From Eledone cirrhosa (Eukaryota), in contig OZ024745.1 of assembly GCA_964016885.1 (NCBI GenBank), positions 78,368,001 through 78,432,000 on the forward strand: a stretch of DNA of 64,000 nt. Reading direction: 5' to 3'. Numbering within the stretch: the first letter of the stretch is position 1; every line of letters begins with the position of its first letter. The notes under the pieces are model-generated. The model did no database searches. It saw nothing but the letters and a program-made list of their open reading frames with translations, and had not been told where the DNA came from. Shown here piece after piece: positions 45,487 through 57,445 of the stretch. The position numbers were made by a program, and so were the translations under genes.

Positions 45487-46019
45487 GTTATCTTAGTAAG
45501 ACAAAACGCAAACTTTGCTATAGCTTATAAGATATCAATTGGTGATTAGGGTTGTTTTGTTTTTAGGTAAACAAAGTTTGCAGTAACTCAGTTTTACGTT
45601 CATTTCACATGGGTTGTAGACTACATCCTGTGTGTGTGTATATATATACTTCTACATCATGTGTGTATATATATACTTATACATATACACTTGTTGTGTG
45701 AGCGTGCACGTATGTGTTAAAGATTCGACAATGAGAAGTTATTTAAAATGAAAATAAAAAATAAAATAAAATAAAATAAACGTTTTTAATGGTCGAATCT
45801 ATTTAGGAAATTCTTCTCTGGACCCTACAGAAAATAAAACAACTAGAATCTAGATATGAGGGAGCGGAGGAAAATATAAAGAACATATAATCTCAAAAAA
45901 GGCTGGTTTTCAAACAGGAAGTATTACATTATACGCATGTGTTAACCATTTAAAAACGTACCAACACAATGCTTGTTACAGACATTTATTCTATACCTTT
46001 TTATCTTGTTTTATTTCAG

Positions 46020-46108
46020 TGTGCCTTACGTGTTCGCAAGAATACAAACAGATGCAACACGATTACAAACAGCTGAGTGGACGTGTTGTGGTACTAGAAA
46101 AAGAAAAG
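46020..46108 (+). CDS. EGFL7/8-like: EGFL7/8-like exon (CxxC plus first coiled coil)
   Basis: ttatttcag|TG ... AAG|gtcagt, phase 1-0. (L)CLTCSQEYKQMQHDYKQLSGRVVVLEKEK bridges the phases of the flanking exons; the LxxRVxxLE heptad resembles EGFL7/8. Confidence 0.85.
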
Positions 46109-46639
46109 GTCAGTGTCTAAGGGTCAGCCCCCCCCCCCCCCATCTCTATATATGTTGCTATAAGTTGTCTTTATTTCTCTCTCTCTCCCTCTATCTTCTT
46201 GCCAATCATTAACTAGCCTATTAGTTCCCCTATCTTCATTCCTACTAATGCACACATATAAACACAGACATACCTAAGCACCCTCATGTACACACACACA
46301 TACACGCACATATAAATGTAATTATGAAATCATTGTATTATCTATTCCTGATGAGAGTCGAACCTGGTTAAGTTGATAAGAAAAATGTTTGATGGGTTCA
46401 TATATCACCGTTAATGTGGCACCACTGTGCCATAATAGATATACTTACTTTCTATTGGTTCAAAGCACGTTAATATAAATTAGTACCAAGTGTAGGTACA
46501 GTTCATTTTTCTTTAAAACAAAGTGGCAACATGATTTAGTCAACGATGATTTTCTTACCATCCAGTACTGAGTTCAAATCCTTCTTTAAAAGGAACTCAC
46601 TAATATAAATTCTTCCTTGGTTGTTGCCTTTATTGTTTA

Positions 46640-47620
46640 AACTCAACACGTCCCCCATCAAACAAATTTCCGATCTAAAACACCCAGCCTTGCGTGTATC
46701 CTTCTCGTTCAATCTCAATGACACTTTCTTTTCGATAACAGTAACAGTTAGAATATGCTGTTGTTGTGTACACACTTCTCCTCAATGCTAGGTCTTCATT
46801 CTGTCTAGTACACTGCCTTCCAATCCCAAACACCTCGTGCAGCAGAACACCGGCAACTCTCTTACTTTCTGCTTCCCCATTTGCTAAGTAATTTTCTCGT
46901 CTACATCGTTGTCTACCAGCTTGGTAGTTTTCTTTCTCACCTACTAACTTTCAGATTTTCCAAGCGTGTCACTTTGTTTTATTGCCTTATCTAGAGTGCT
47001 ATTTCTCCACCAAGTCACCTTCCATCTGTTTTGCATCTTGCCCCAGCTACATATCTCATTTGTAGCCCTTAATAAATTGACTCATAGGAGTTTCAGTTAC
47101 CTTCTATGTTATAGGATTGTAATTCTTACTCTACCTTAACAAAGGTTTCAACTAGTAAGTCTCTAATCTTACTGGATGATGCATTCTTCACCAAGGAAAG
47201 TATTAAGCATTTATAGTCATTTGCCTATCTCATTTCCTGATGAGATTAAAGTCTGTCTTGTGTGTCCACGTGGTTCGTATATGATCAGGTGGCTAATTGG
47301 TCAGTTTCTCGAAATTAACATTGCAAATTGTCAAATTATTTGCAGCACAAAACTCCATGGGCCTTGATCCATCACACACCAAATCATTAGCCTCTATACA
47401 CTCTGGTGCTGCTCCATATATTGATTAAGTTAATCAGGCAAAATAACGCTGTTACAGTCATTCGTCATCGAAGTAATCTGCAAGAAGACTTCATAGATGT
47501 GGTTCTTCTGTTCCTCTGCAAGACCTGCTTGTGGTACACATCGTTCGGGGGGTAATATAAGATTATTTATACATGTATCTGTCAATATCATGCCTAACTC
47601 ACATTCACCACAAGGAATTC
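46640..47620 (-). mobile_element. Heavily decayed LINE fragment (APE endonuclease and linker region)
   Basis: Broken minus-frame peptides such as MEFCAANNLTICN, ATNEICSWGK..RWKVTWWRN..LDKAIKQ and VFGIGRQ. Confidence 0.55.
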
Positions 47621-48563
47621 TGTATTAGTATTTGATAAAGTGATATCTGTTTATCTGCGACCTCTACCACTATGCAATATTACAGACAACCCACCCTCGG
47701 GCTGAGGCATATACCTAGTAGGCAACACCTTCTTCAACCTTTTCTCCTCCCATACACGTCCCTTTGCAGTAACCATCCTTCTTCCCCTATTACCTACATC
47801 CACAATTTCCACAATCTTCACCCCCTCCCTAGACAAAAAGTGACTAGTCCACACTGTAAATGTGGTTGACGTTAGGACGGGCATCCAGCTGTAGAAATCA
47901 AGGCCAAATCTTCCCCCTGGTGAGCAAAACATGGTACTCTGACTTAATTCTCTCCCTAAGGGTCAACTCGTCCTACCCATGCTAGCGTGGAAGATGGACG
48001 TTAAACGATGATGATGATGATGATAATGACACGGGTTAGAGGTAATGGAGATTTGTGTAAATGCATATATAATATTACACATTCAGTGTGTAGACATATA
48101 AACATTCCAAATAAGTTTCACTGTAAATTGAAAAAAAATGATAAATACATCTAAGTGATTTTCAAGTTGGGCTTGTATCAAAAAGCATGTATATCATCTA
48201 AACAAGTTCTCGCAACTATGTCGTATCTCATAGGTAAATAGTATCTTTCAGCCATATCTCTGCAGCTGTTGATGGTAGAAATGATATGTTCCACACAGTG
48301 TGGTACAATAAACATGGATTTGAAAGTAGAATTATCTCTTATTGATAGGTATTTAGTAGCTATCCTTTGTTACTGTATAGCGAAGGCTTATCCTTCCAGG
48401 TGGAGGGTGATGTATCTGTTGTAGGTCTAGGAGAAGCCACTCTTCCTGTTGATGCATACTCTAGCATTCGAGATATGTACCCATGCTATCTTGCTATACT
48501 TTTTTTATTGAGAGCTTCTCCTCAGGAATATGTATATATAACTTTTCAAACATTTATTCCCAG

Positions 48564-48783
48564 TTAGAAATGCATAACAGTGTCTCCAAGCTTTACCGAA
48601 ATCTAAAGCAATGTGTGAAACAAAAGCAACAGCAGAGAAAAAAAGCTACAGAAAAGGAAAAAAAGAAAACACCAGTTGACTGGGTACCAGTTGAAATAAC
48701 CGATAAATCCTTGAAGTCTGTAGAGCATGTTATCCGATCCATGAGTGAACAAATCGGCATGCTAGAAGAAAGAGTAGAACAGT
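48564..48783 (+). CDS. EGFL7/8-like: EGFL7/8-like exon (basic linker plus C-terminal coiled coil)
   Basis: ttcccag|TTA ... CAG T|gtaagt, phase 0-1. Ends IRSMSEQIGMLEERVEQ(C), matching the EGFL7/8 motif SLSEQIxxLEExLxxC. Confidence 0.9.
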
Positions 48784-49830
48784 GTAAGTTTTAATTTTCA
48801 TTGCAAAATAATGTGAATAGTGATTTATTTTAATGGTATACTGTGTTGGGAGTATGCAAAACAGACGTTCAGCTTTGTGTTGAGTTCTCTAACTTTATCA
48901 TCTGTAATGATGTGTCCTACTAGGTATGTTTGCACCTATTTTTTTTTTTTTTTTTTTTGCTTTTGTTGGTGAAGATAGGGAGCAGGCGGTGATACTTTGA
49001 AGTATTTAGTTAAGTTCCTTCTGTTGCATTCAGATCTTAACCCCAGGTTTGATCAAATATATTGGAAGCTTGTAATATTGTCAAAATAGTTTATTATAGA
49101 TCGCTATACACTTTTCACTTTGCATCTACACAAGAATTCAGAATTATGTGCTACTGTAGTGAGAATACATTGGCACTGAATTGCATACTTTACATTATTC
49201 AAGTTCAACCTGCTCAGAAATCTAAGTTCAAATTCCAGATTACTGACACTTATTCAATAACATCCAAAGGAGATAAAACAAATCATACAAATACAGTCAT
49301 CACATTGTCAGAAATTCATCACTGCTCTGGTTTTGTACCTAAGAGAACACTAATTGTTATAGTAAAAGGTAAATCTAGTCAGGTTTTGATTGTCACTTAA
49401 AGATAATTTACTTTACTTACTCCCTTTATTCTTTTGAAAAGATATAGACATCATGCATAAATGTGTGATTGTATCTACATATGAAATTGCTTTCCTCTGA
49501 CCAGACTATATGTTTTAAGAGTTACAGTCACAGATCTTGATTGACCGTTTTTGGCAAACCAACCCAAACCCATCACAACACACACACATATCTCTCTTTC
49601 TAAATATATAGATAATGGATGTTAGAGACTTCATATTTTTTAATGTGTCAATAATGGTGTATTTATTTTTAGAATTACAAGGATAAAAGAAATTATGTAT
49701 CTCAGTTCTTTTGTGTTGGTTTCAAGGTTGTTCCCTCCATATGTATCAGTAATTACATTTTCCTCCTCCTAGGTACTCTCTAGACTTTCAATTTTGTTCA
49801 TTTTCTTACATTTCTCACATTTTCTTTCAG

Positions 49831-49865
49831 GCGTATCTCAAGAAGAAGATGTGCCACCAAGCTAA
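49831..49865 (+). CDS. EGFL7/8-like: EGFL7/8-like terminal coding exon
   Basis: Long polypyrimidine tract then tttcag|GC; encodes (C)VSQEEDVPPS followed by TAA at 49863-49865. Confidence 0.8.
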
Positions 49866-50056
49866 AAATGAAATTGAAATACATTTGCAAAACATAAAAA
49901 CATTAAAGTGGTTAAGACGATAGAATTATACAAGCTAGAGATGTGTTGCAAGTTCTATCCAAACTGAAAGGTCCAAACACACTTCACTGTTATAGGAGCA
50001 TGGGAAACAATACAATGAACGTTCATCGTGGGAAATGATAATATTAAGCATCATAT

Positions 50057-50062
50057 AATAAA
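50057..50062 (+). promoter_or_regulatory. Candidate polyadenylation signal of the EGFL7/8-like gene
   Basis: AATAAA about 190 nt after the stop codon, with a T/GT-rich tract near 50091-50106. Confidence 0.45.
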
Positions 50063-50729
50063 ACAATTTTCAGTGCGAGGACATAAAATGTATTTTTGTT
50101 TTTTGTACATATTTCAAAAGTTTTTATTGCAATTTTATAAACAAAAGTTTTATTGGCAGAATAATGGCTAAATACCATTGAAACATTTAGTTGTCTATTT
50201 ACATTCTGAGATCAAATCTCACGAAGCTTGTCTTTTATCTTATGCTGAATAATTTAAGTAAGTACCAGTCAAATACTGTGTTATCAACACCAAACAAATG
50301 GAAGGCAAAGTTTACCTCAGTAGTATTTTAATTCAATGCATGGAAAGCTGGAATGAATACCACAAAACATTTTGTTGTATACTCTAATGATTCTGTCAAT
50401 TCAACGTCTTTATGCTCCTGTAACACTGGTCAACAATTTTTTAAAAGTTGTGTGCTTCTTAAATGAGATTAATTAATTATTATGTATTTTCATGTCCTGA
50501 ATCCAAATATCACCTTGATAAATGCTTATTAGCTACAGGCTTAAAGATACACGACACGTAATATTTTATTATTTTATTATAACATACATGTGTCATTATG
50601 TTTTAAGCTCAAATCCCGCCGAGATTAACTTTGCCTTTCATCCTTACGGGGTCGATAAAATAAAGTACCAGTAATGCACTGGGATAATTGCTGGCCTTGT
50701 GCCAAAAGTAGAAACAATTATGTTTTAAG

Positions 50730-51900
50730 CTCTAGCCTGTATCTACTCTCTGCCTTTTTTGCTTGATGCTTATAGTGGGCTGAAGAATCATCTCTTGCCA
50801 ATGTCCAGCAATAGTCTGCAAGTATTGTTGAGCTCCATTTGCCATGGTACCGCTTTTCTATGGTTGAAATATCTTCGTAAAACCTTTCACCATGTTCGTC
50901 ACTAACTGCCTCACAGTTCGCTGGAAAAAAAGTTTAAATGTGAGTCCAAAAAGTGGATTTTAAGTGACATGTTACATCCTATGTTCTTGTAAGCCTTGAT
51001 GAGGTTTTCCACCAATTCTTCATAGTTTCCTTCCCTTTTTGTTTCCGAAATATCCCTTTGCTACTAATGCTTCCCGAGCAGCTTTATTCTCCCCATGAAG
51101 GGCTGATTCAAAGTTACCATCTTTAAGAAGCTCTAGAATCTGAGGACTAATGAAGACTCCTTCTTTTATGTTAGTATTGCTCAGTGACGTGTGGCTGAGT
51201 GGTTAGAGAATTTGATTCGCAATCGTAAGGTTGTGAGTTTGATTCCTGGACCAGGTGATGCGTTATGTCCTTGAGCAAGACATTTTATTTCACGTTGCTC
51301 CTTCTACCTGGAGTTGCGACCGATAGATAGTATTAGCAATTGGAAAGACCAACGGAAACATTGTTCCCTCGGTCCGATTTGACGAAAGTCGATCGTTCCT
51401 TTTATTGCTCAGTGAAGGGAATTTCGATGTTAAATACTTGAATCCCTGACTGGATGTGTCCATAGCTTTTACAAAGTTGTTCATGAGCTCCAGTTTTATG
51501 TGTCGTGGTGGTAGCAAAATTTAGTTTGGTTCAGTGAGAAGTGGATGTAGAACATTTTTCATCCCAGGTTCCAATGATTGACGAGGTGGCCAGTCTCTCC
51601 TGATATAGTGGGAACCTCTTGCATGACTCTCCCATTCACACAGAAAACAGCAGTACTTGGTGTATCTGTCCTACAAGCCCATCACAAGAACAACAACCTT
51701 TAAGTCACCACAGAACTGCCATTGATGTTCATCATATTTTATGCATTGCAACATATGCTTTATGTTCTCGTAAGTTTCTTTCATATGTGATGCACAGCCC
51801 ACAGGAACTGATGGTTCACTATTGCCATTATGCAGCAAGACACCTTTCAGACTAGTTTTTGATGAATCTATGAACAGCCTCCAGTGACTGGGTTCGTATT

Positions 51901-51901
<1 letters not shown>
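50730..51901 (-). mobile_element. DNA transposase relic, probably Chapaev3/CMC type, interrupted by a SINE
   Basis: WRLFIDSSKTSLKGVLLHNGN...KETYEN...CGDLKV...YTKYCCFLCEW...LPPRHIKLELMNNFVKAM...AVSDEHGERFYEDI...LADYCW, with stops and frameshifts. Superfamily assigned from memory of these motifs. Confidence 0.75.
51188..51402 (+). mobile_element. tRNA-derived CORE-type SINE with a 13-bp target-site duplication
   Basis: A-box-like TGGCTGAGTGG, B-box-like GTTTGATTCC, CORE-like TGTCCTTGAGCAAGAC. TATTGCTCAGTGA at 51175-51187 and 51403-51415. Confidence 0.88.
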
Positions 51902-51950
<49 letters not shown>

Positions 51951-52300
51951 TCATCATCATCATCATCATCATTTTTACGTCCGCTTTTCCCTGCTTGCAA
52001 GGATGGGATGGGAACTGATTCTGGCTTGATTTCTACAGCTGGATGCCCTTCCTAACACCAACCTCATTTACAGTGAGTGCTGGGTGCTTTTTTTCCGTGG
52101 CGCCTACACGTTCACTTTGCAGTGGAATGATAGGGATCCCAGTCCTATCATCTCATTTCTACAGCTGAGTAAACTGGAGCAATATGAAATAAAGTGTCTT
52201 GCTCAAGGACACAACACATCACCCGGTCTGAGAATTAAACTTACAACCTTTCAATTGCAAGGCCAATGCTCTAACCACTAAGCCATGTGCCTCCATATAT

Positions 52301-52546
52301 ATACAAATATATTACACAGAGAGAAGTGTGTTACACAGTGAGATGTGTGTAAAAAATTATTACATGTGAGTTTAACCGTTACTGTATGGAGAACAATACC
52401 TACAGGTTAGCAATTAGATAGAAAAAAACTAAGTCAGAATCAAATCTCTGAAGTTCTCCATACAGTAACGGTTAAACTCACATGTAATAATTTTTTACAC
52501 ACATCTCACTGTGTAACACACTTCTCTCTGTGTAATATATTTGTAT
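52301..52546. repeat. 94-bp perfect inverted repeat with a 58-bp spacer (Penelope-like geometry)
   Basis: 52301-52394 is the exact reverse complement of 52453-52546. Confidence 0.92.
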
Positions 52547-52635
52547 TTGAGCTCAGCTGAAAATTCTCTGTTTTTCTTCGAGCTAATATTATAATTATTA
52601 CTGTGAACTGCGGAATACTTTAATTCCGATCTTTG

Positions 52636-52675
<40 letters not shown>

Positions 52676-52720
52676 GTGACGAAATATAAGTCAATTGCAT
52701 GAACTCATAATCCTTTATTT

Positions 52721-52776
52721 ACTGCTATATATATTTCGATGATAGCCATTGAATGGCTATGACCTCACCAGGCAGT
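52721..52776 (-). ncRNA. Type I hammerhead motif with one core substitution (CUGGUGA)
   Basis: Minus strand: ACUGC CUGGUGA gguc AUAGCCAU uca AUGGCUAU cauc GAA AUAUAUAU A GCAGU, then AAUAAA. All three stems are present; the core has A6G. Confidence 0.75.
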
Positions 52777-52854
52777 TAGTCAGTTCTTAGATATGCCAGC
52801 TCTGTGTGTATAGTGTTGATGGTATCAGAGCCTTGGGACATATCTATATATATA

Positions 52855-52896
<42 letters not shown>

Positions 52897-53064
52897 TCTA
52901 CACATATACATAGACAAATATTCTCTATCCATCCCACATACACATACACCCACCGCCACACCTAAATACACAGATACCCTCATACATACATATACTCCCC
53001 CACGCGCACACACACATATTTACAAATACATAAGGATACCTACACACACCTACAAATGCCCACC

Positions 53065-53103
<39 letters not shown>

Positions 53104-53137
53104 CACACCACACCACACCACACCACACCACACCACG

Positions 53138-53195
<58 letters not shown>

Positions 53196-54224
53196 TACAT
53201 ATATGAATATATACACACACATATATGTCTGTATGTATGTATTATGAATATGATGGCTGCAACTCGATTTCGAGTAATGCCATCGCTTGATACATAAGCA
53301 TCATTATCAGGGACGTGGCTTATATAATCATGCTAGGGACTTGCCTGTGGCCAGCAATACCATGCATCGCAAAAAATATCACATATCAAGCGATGACTGT
53401 GTTTGAAGCCTTTTTAAGGCTTTGCATGGGGCCAATCTCACACATACATATGTGCGTATGTGATATCGCATGTGTGTGTTTAGCTAAAGGTTTTTAATAC
53501 AAAGAAGAATAAACAATATACATGTATATAAAAAGCATTTAAAGCAAAGAAAAACATCGACAAGCATCCTTATCCGAACCATGCAGCTCTTACTGGTAGA
53601 CAAATGTGGTAACCATTTCACCAGTCTTGTGCATGTATATATGTGTGCGCGTGTTTGGGGTGGTACATATGTGTGTATGTATACATATTCTAAATGTGCA
53701 ACTCCCCAGTGCAATAGAGAGCAAAACTGTGACACTACTAGAAACGAGTTCTGCAATCTCCAAACAACGGACCTTTGTCCTACTCTATGTAAACACCAAA
53801 GTAAAATGCGCAGATTGTTGCTGCCACGTCATTCAGTTTGGCTTTTACGTTTACTTTCTGCTGGTGTATTATTATTTCAAAATATATTATCATTGATTCT
53901 TGTTGTCTTTTTACATCGCTACTTCCCTTCAAATGTTTAACCAAAATAACGTTTAGAGTATATATAATCTAGAGAGATGAACTGGTATCTAGATGTCAGA
54001 TCTTGGAAAGGAAATGATTAGGATAAAAAGATGAAAAACGGTCAATGTTTCTTTCTGCCGTCTCTCCACCACCGCGGCATCCATACACTCCCAAACCAAA
54101 TTGAAAATGATAAGAAGAGTCGACGCCCAAAGTCTGTAACTACTTACGCCACTAGTACGTAACAAAATCTTTTGCCTGTGTATACAAACACCGAACGAGG
54201 ACACTGACAGAAGGACATACGTCT

Positions 54225-54401
54225 AAAAACCCAAACGGGAAGACCATGGAAAAAGTGCCCCCAAAACGGAGGGAAATGAGGCAAAATGGGGAAATTTTAC
54301 ATAATGTAAGTTATACCTATTTTCACAAGAGAAGACATCTCTCACCCACTCCAAAGTTGGTGGGAGATCTCCCTGTTGGACAGGGAGATTTGACAGGTCT
54401 G
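54225..54401 (-). mobile_element. MITE, same family as 23283-23463, reverse orientation
   Basis: Ends GGGAGATTTGACAGGTCTG; internal AGAGAAGACATCTCTCACCCAC matches the reverse complement of the other copies. Confidence 0.7.
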
Positions 54402-55393
54402 GAACAGGGTCAGCAATCTTGCTTAACGACAGGGTGGATCGGAAATGATTTTATGTCTTGTCGCCCAAGGTAAATATGAACTGAAACAATGATTATACAA
54501 AGTTATAGAGACAGCATGTTCGTAGAGTAGAATAAGTGTTTTTCACCGATGACAAAAAATATCCCAAACAAAAGGCGTTTCTTAATACCACAACACCGTT
54601 TAACTATGTTAATGAAATATTTTTTGGCTGAGCCACAGTGAACTCAAACTAGAATAAGGTCTATGGACGAAAATAGAACAGTGGGATAATACATTTATAG
54701 ATTTATAACAACATCAAGAGATTGACATGATGGAATAAAATAAATAAATAACAATTGGTGTTGTTTGAAGTAATTCAAGACAAATATTTATTCTCAAAGT
54801 AGTTTTTCTAGTATAAAAAAAAAAAAACATTAATCCTTATAGGTCACCTCAATAACAAGACTTTTTCTATACTAAATTTCATTTTTCGTTAACCAAAGAT
54901 TACTAAGAAAAAACATAATTTTTATATGCAACGGCATATATTGAAGGAAGTTGCGGATCGAGTTTGGACCACGTACCGTAGTTTGCAGACCCCGACTTTA
55001 GAAAAATGTTTCCCAAAGTGGGCTTCGAAGAACTCCAAGGTTCGGTGAAAAATGCTGATGTTCAGTGAGATCAGGTGACTTTTAAACATTTAATTTTTCC
55101 TATGAATGAATTCCCTCACGAGAAAGTCATTATAATAAGATTCGTGGGATATGGGCACCTCAATTTATGAAAAATTGTATAAGGGCCTCAAGAAAAATTA
55201 AGTTTGGAAAGCAAGGCGCTTGAATGTGTGATTGCGTATGCCTAATGTTATCACGTGTGTATTTGTTTCCATTTATATAGGCATATGCGCCCGCGCACGC
55301 ACACACGCGCGCAAGAGAATGCAAGATAGCTTCACTCGCATCTAGTCTCTAAATGCACTCTGGTTTGCTAAGGATAAACTCCGTTTACTAACA

Positions 55394-55582
55394 GGGGTGG
55401 ATTGGCAGTATCAGTAGAGGGTCGGACGCCTTGTTTTGCAGCATAGAGCTACGTTCCTTTGCGGTCTGAGTTCAAATCCTGCGGAGGTTAACTTTGCCTT
55501 TCATCCTTACGGGGTCGACAAAGTAAAGTACCAGTAATACACTGGGATAATTGCTGGCCTTTTGTCAAAAAATAGAAACAAT
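55394..55582 (+). mobile_element. Same SINE family
   Basis: Full-length consensus match. Confidence 0.85.
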
Positions 55583-55938
55583 TATTATTTTTATACTTCC
55601 ACAGAATCCTTTGATGAAGGAATCTTCTTCCAATATTGCTTGTCTTAATTTATTGAGATGGTCAATATTGTTTCTTGATTCCAGAAAATCTAATTAGGGG
55701 CTAGATGCGTGTTAAGCTATCTTGTAGTAGTTCACTCTACTAGTATTCTACCCGATGGAGACATTACCCAAGTTATTCCATCTTTACATGCTTATCTGAT
55801 GTAGATATTTTTTAACTATCTTTTCATTGAGATATTCAGTATATTAGTGACAGAAACCCTTGTGTGATGTACATTATATATATATATATATGCGTGTGTG
55901 TGTTTGTGTGATGTATATATTATACATATATATATATA

Positions 55939-55989
<51 letters not shown>

Positions 55990-56728
55990 TTATATATACG
56001 AACACACACACAAACACACACATACGCACAGACATACACCCCCACCCTCTACCTTTTTATACATATATTGAGAGAGAGTGTGTGTGAGAGAGAGAGGAAG
56101 TTAAAGTAAAAGATAAGGAAGAGGAAAAGGATGTGGTCAAAAGCGTGGGGTGGGGGGGTCTGATAGCTGGAGTTAAGTGGGACTAGAAGTGATGACCGCA
56201 TTTAGTAATGTGCTACTGACCTACTCACAATCTGTCTAAATTATGACACATAAAAGTTAATATATAAAAAGAAACCACCGTGTCAGATAGAGTCACATTA
56301 ATAAGTGTATGGGTATTGATTCGTTGATATAGTGTAAAGCCATGCTTGACATATGTATAACACACACGCACGCACGCACGCACGCACGCACGCGTATATA
56401 TATTTATAAATATACAGGGGCGGTGGAACTGGATTATATTTTTATTTTTCTCCTCAAACTACCAAAACACACATCTATTTCTATATGCTCTACAATTTAT
56501 GTACATGTTCTTTTGGGAGAGATATAGAGAGGGGAGAGTTTGGGGTTAATTGACATAGAGGGCGAATGGGAGAGAGTGTTGTATGGTTGATGTAGAGAGG
56601 GGGAGAGTTTGGTGGTAATGAATAGAGTGAGAGCGAATGAGAGAGAGTGTTGTATGGTAGATATAGAGAGCGGTTAGTTTGGTGATAATTGATATAGAGA
56701 GGGGGAGAGTTTGGGGTTAATTGATATA

Positions 56729-57445
56729 TATTTCTATTTATTTGCCACCAGGGCATCAAAGATTGGGACAAATACAAAGGGGGGAGTTTACATACATTTA
56801 AAAAGACGTGTAAAAAACATATAACAAATTAAATTTAACAATCGATGTCCTCAATAGGGAGGGGCGTTGACATGGGTTGCACACACCCCCGAAAAAATGT
56901 GCAACCCTCCTCTTCAGGAGCACAAAGAGCGGGTGCTTCCTTCCTCTTCTCATTCTTCTCCTCTCTCACCTACAGGCTGATATAGAGAGAAGGCCCATTC
57001 ACGCGGGCCATTCTCGCTACTTTCACCCATCTTTCATAAAACTTGCTGGGGTAGGGCACCTCTCTCTCCATTTTAATCCTTCTTCTAAAGTGGTACTTGA
57101 AAAAAAAGACCAGTTGTTGGCCGGAGAGAAAGGTGTCTGACCTCAGCCCTTTCAACCTTGTCCACCGTACAACTTCTTTCGCCATGGCTATCACACAGAG
57201 GAAAACCGCCTCTCCTTCGTTTTTGAAAGGGGGAGGCGGTTTGATTGTGACAATGTTCTCGGTGGTCAACCGGATTGGTCCCACCCGCGACAGTAGTCGT
57301 TCTACATAGCCCCACAGGTCAGCAACGCCCGGGCAGTGTAAGAATGCGTGTGCGACGGTTTCCTCGTCACGCACGCATCTTGGACAGATCTTCTTCGAGG
57401 GATCCCTACCCGGGCGCCCGTGTCTGTAGAGCTTGTCCCGAACGG
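56729..57445 (-). mobile_element. 5'-truncated Tx1/L1-clade LINE 3' end
   Basis: PVRDKLYRHG...ICPRCVRDEETVAHAFLHCP..ADLW (CCHC zinc knuckle), stop at 56970, and a 3' UTR ending with AATAAA. Confidence 0.85.

Noticed and set aside
46348-46370. Sense-strand minimal hammerhead CTGATGA-GAGTC-GAACC
   Set aside because: GAAA is broken and stem I does not pair; at best a dead relic.
51188-51260. tRNA gene
   Set aside because: A/B-box-like head of a SINE with a target-site duplication; no full cloverleaf.
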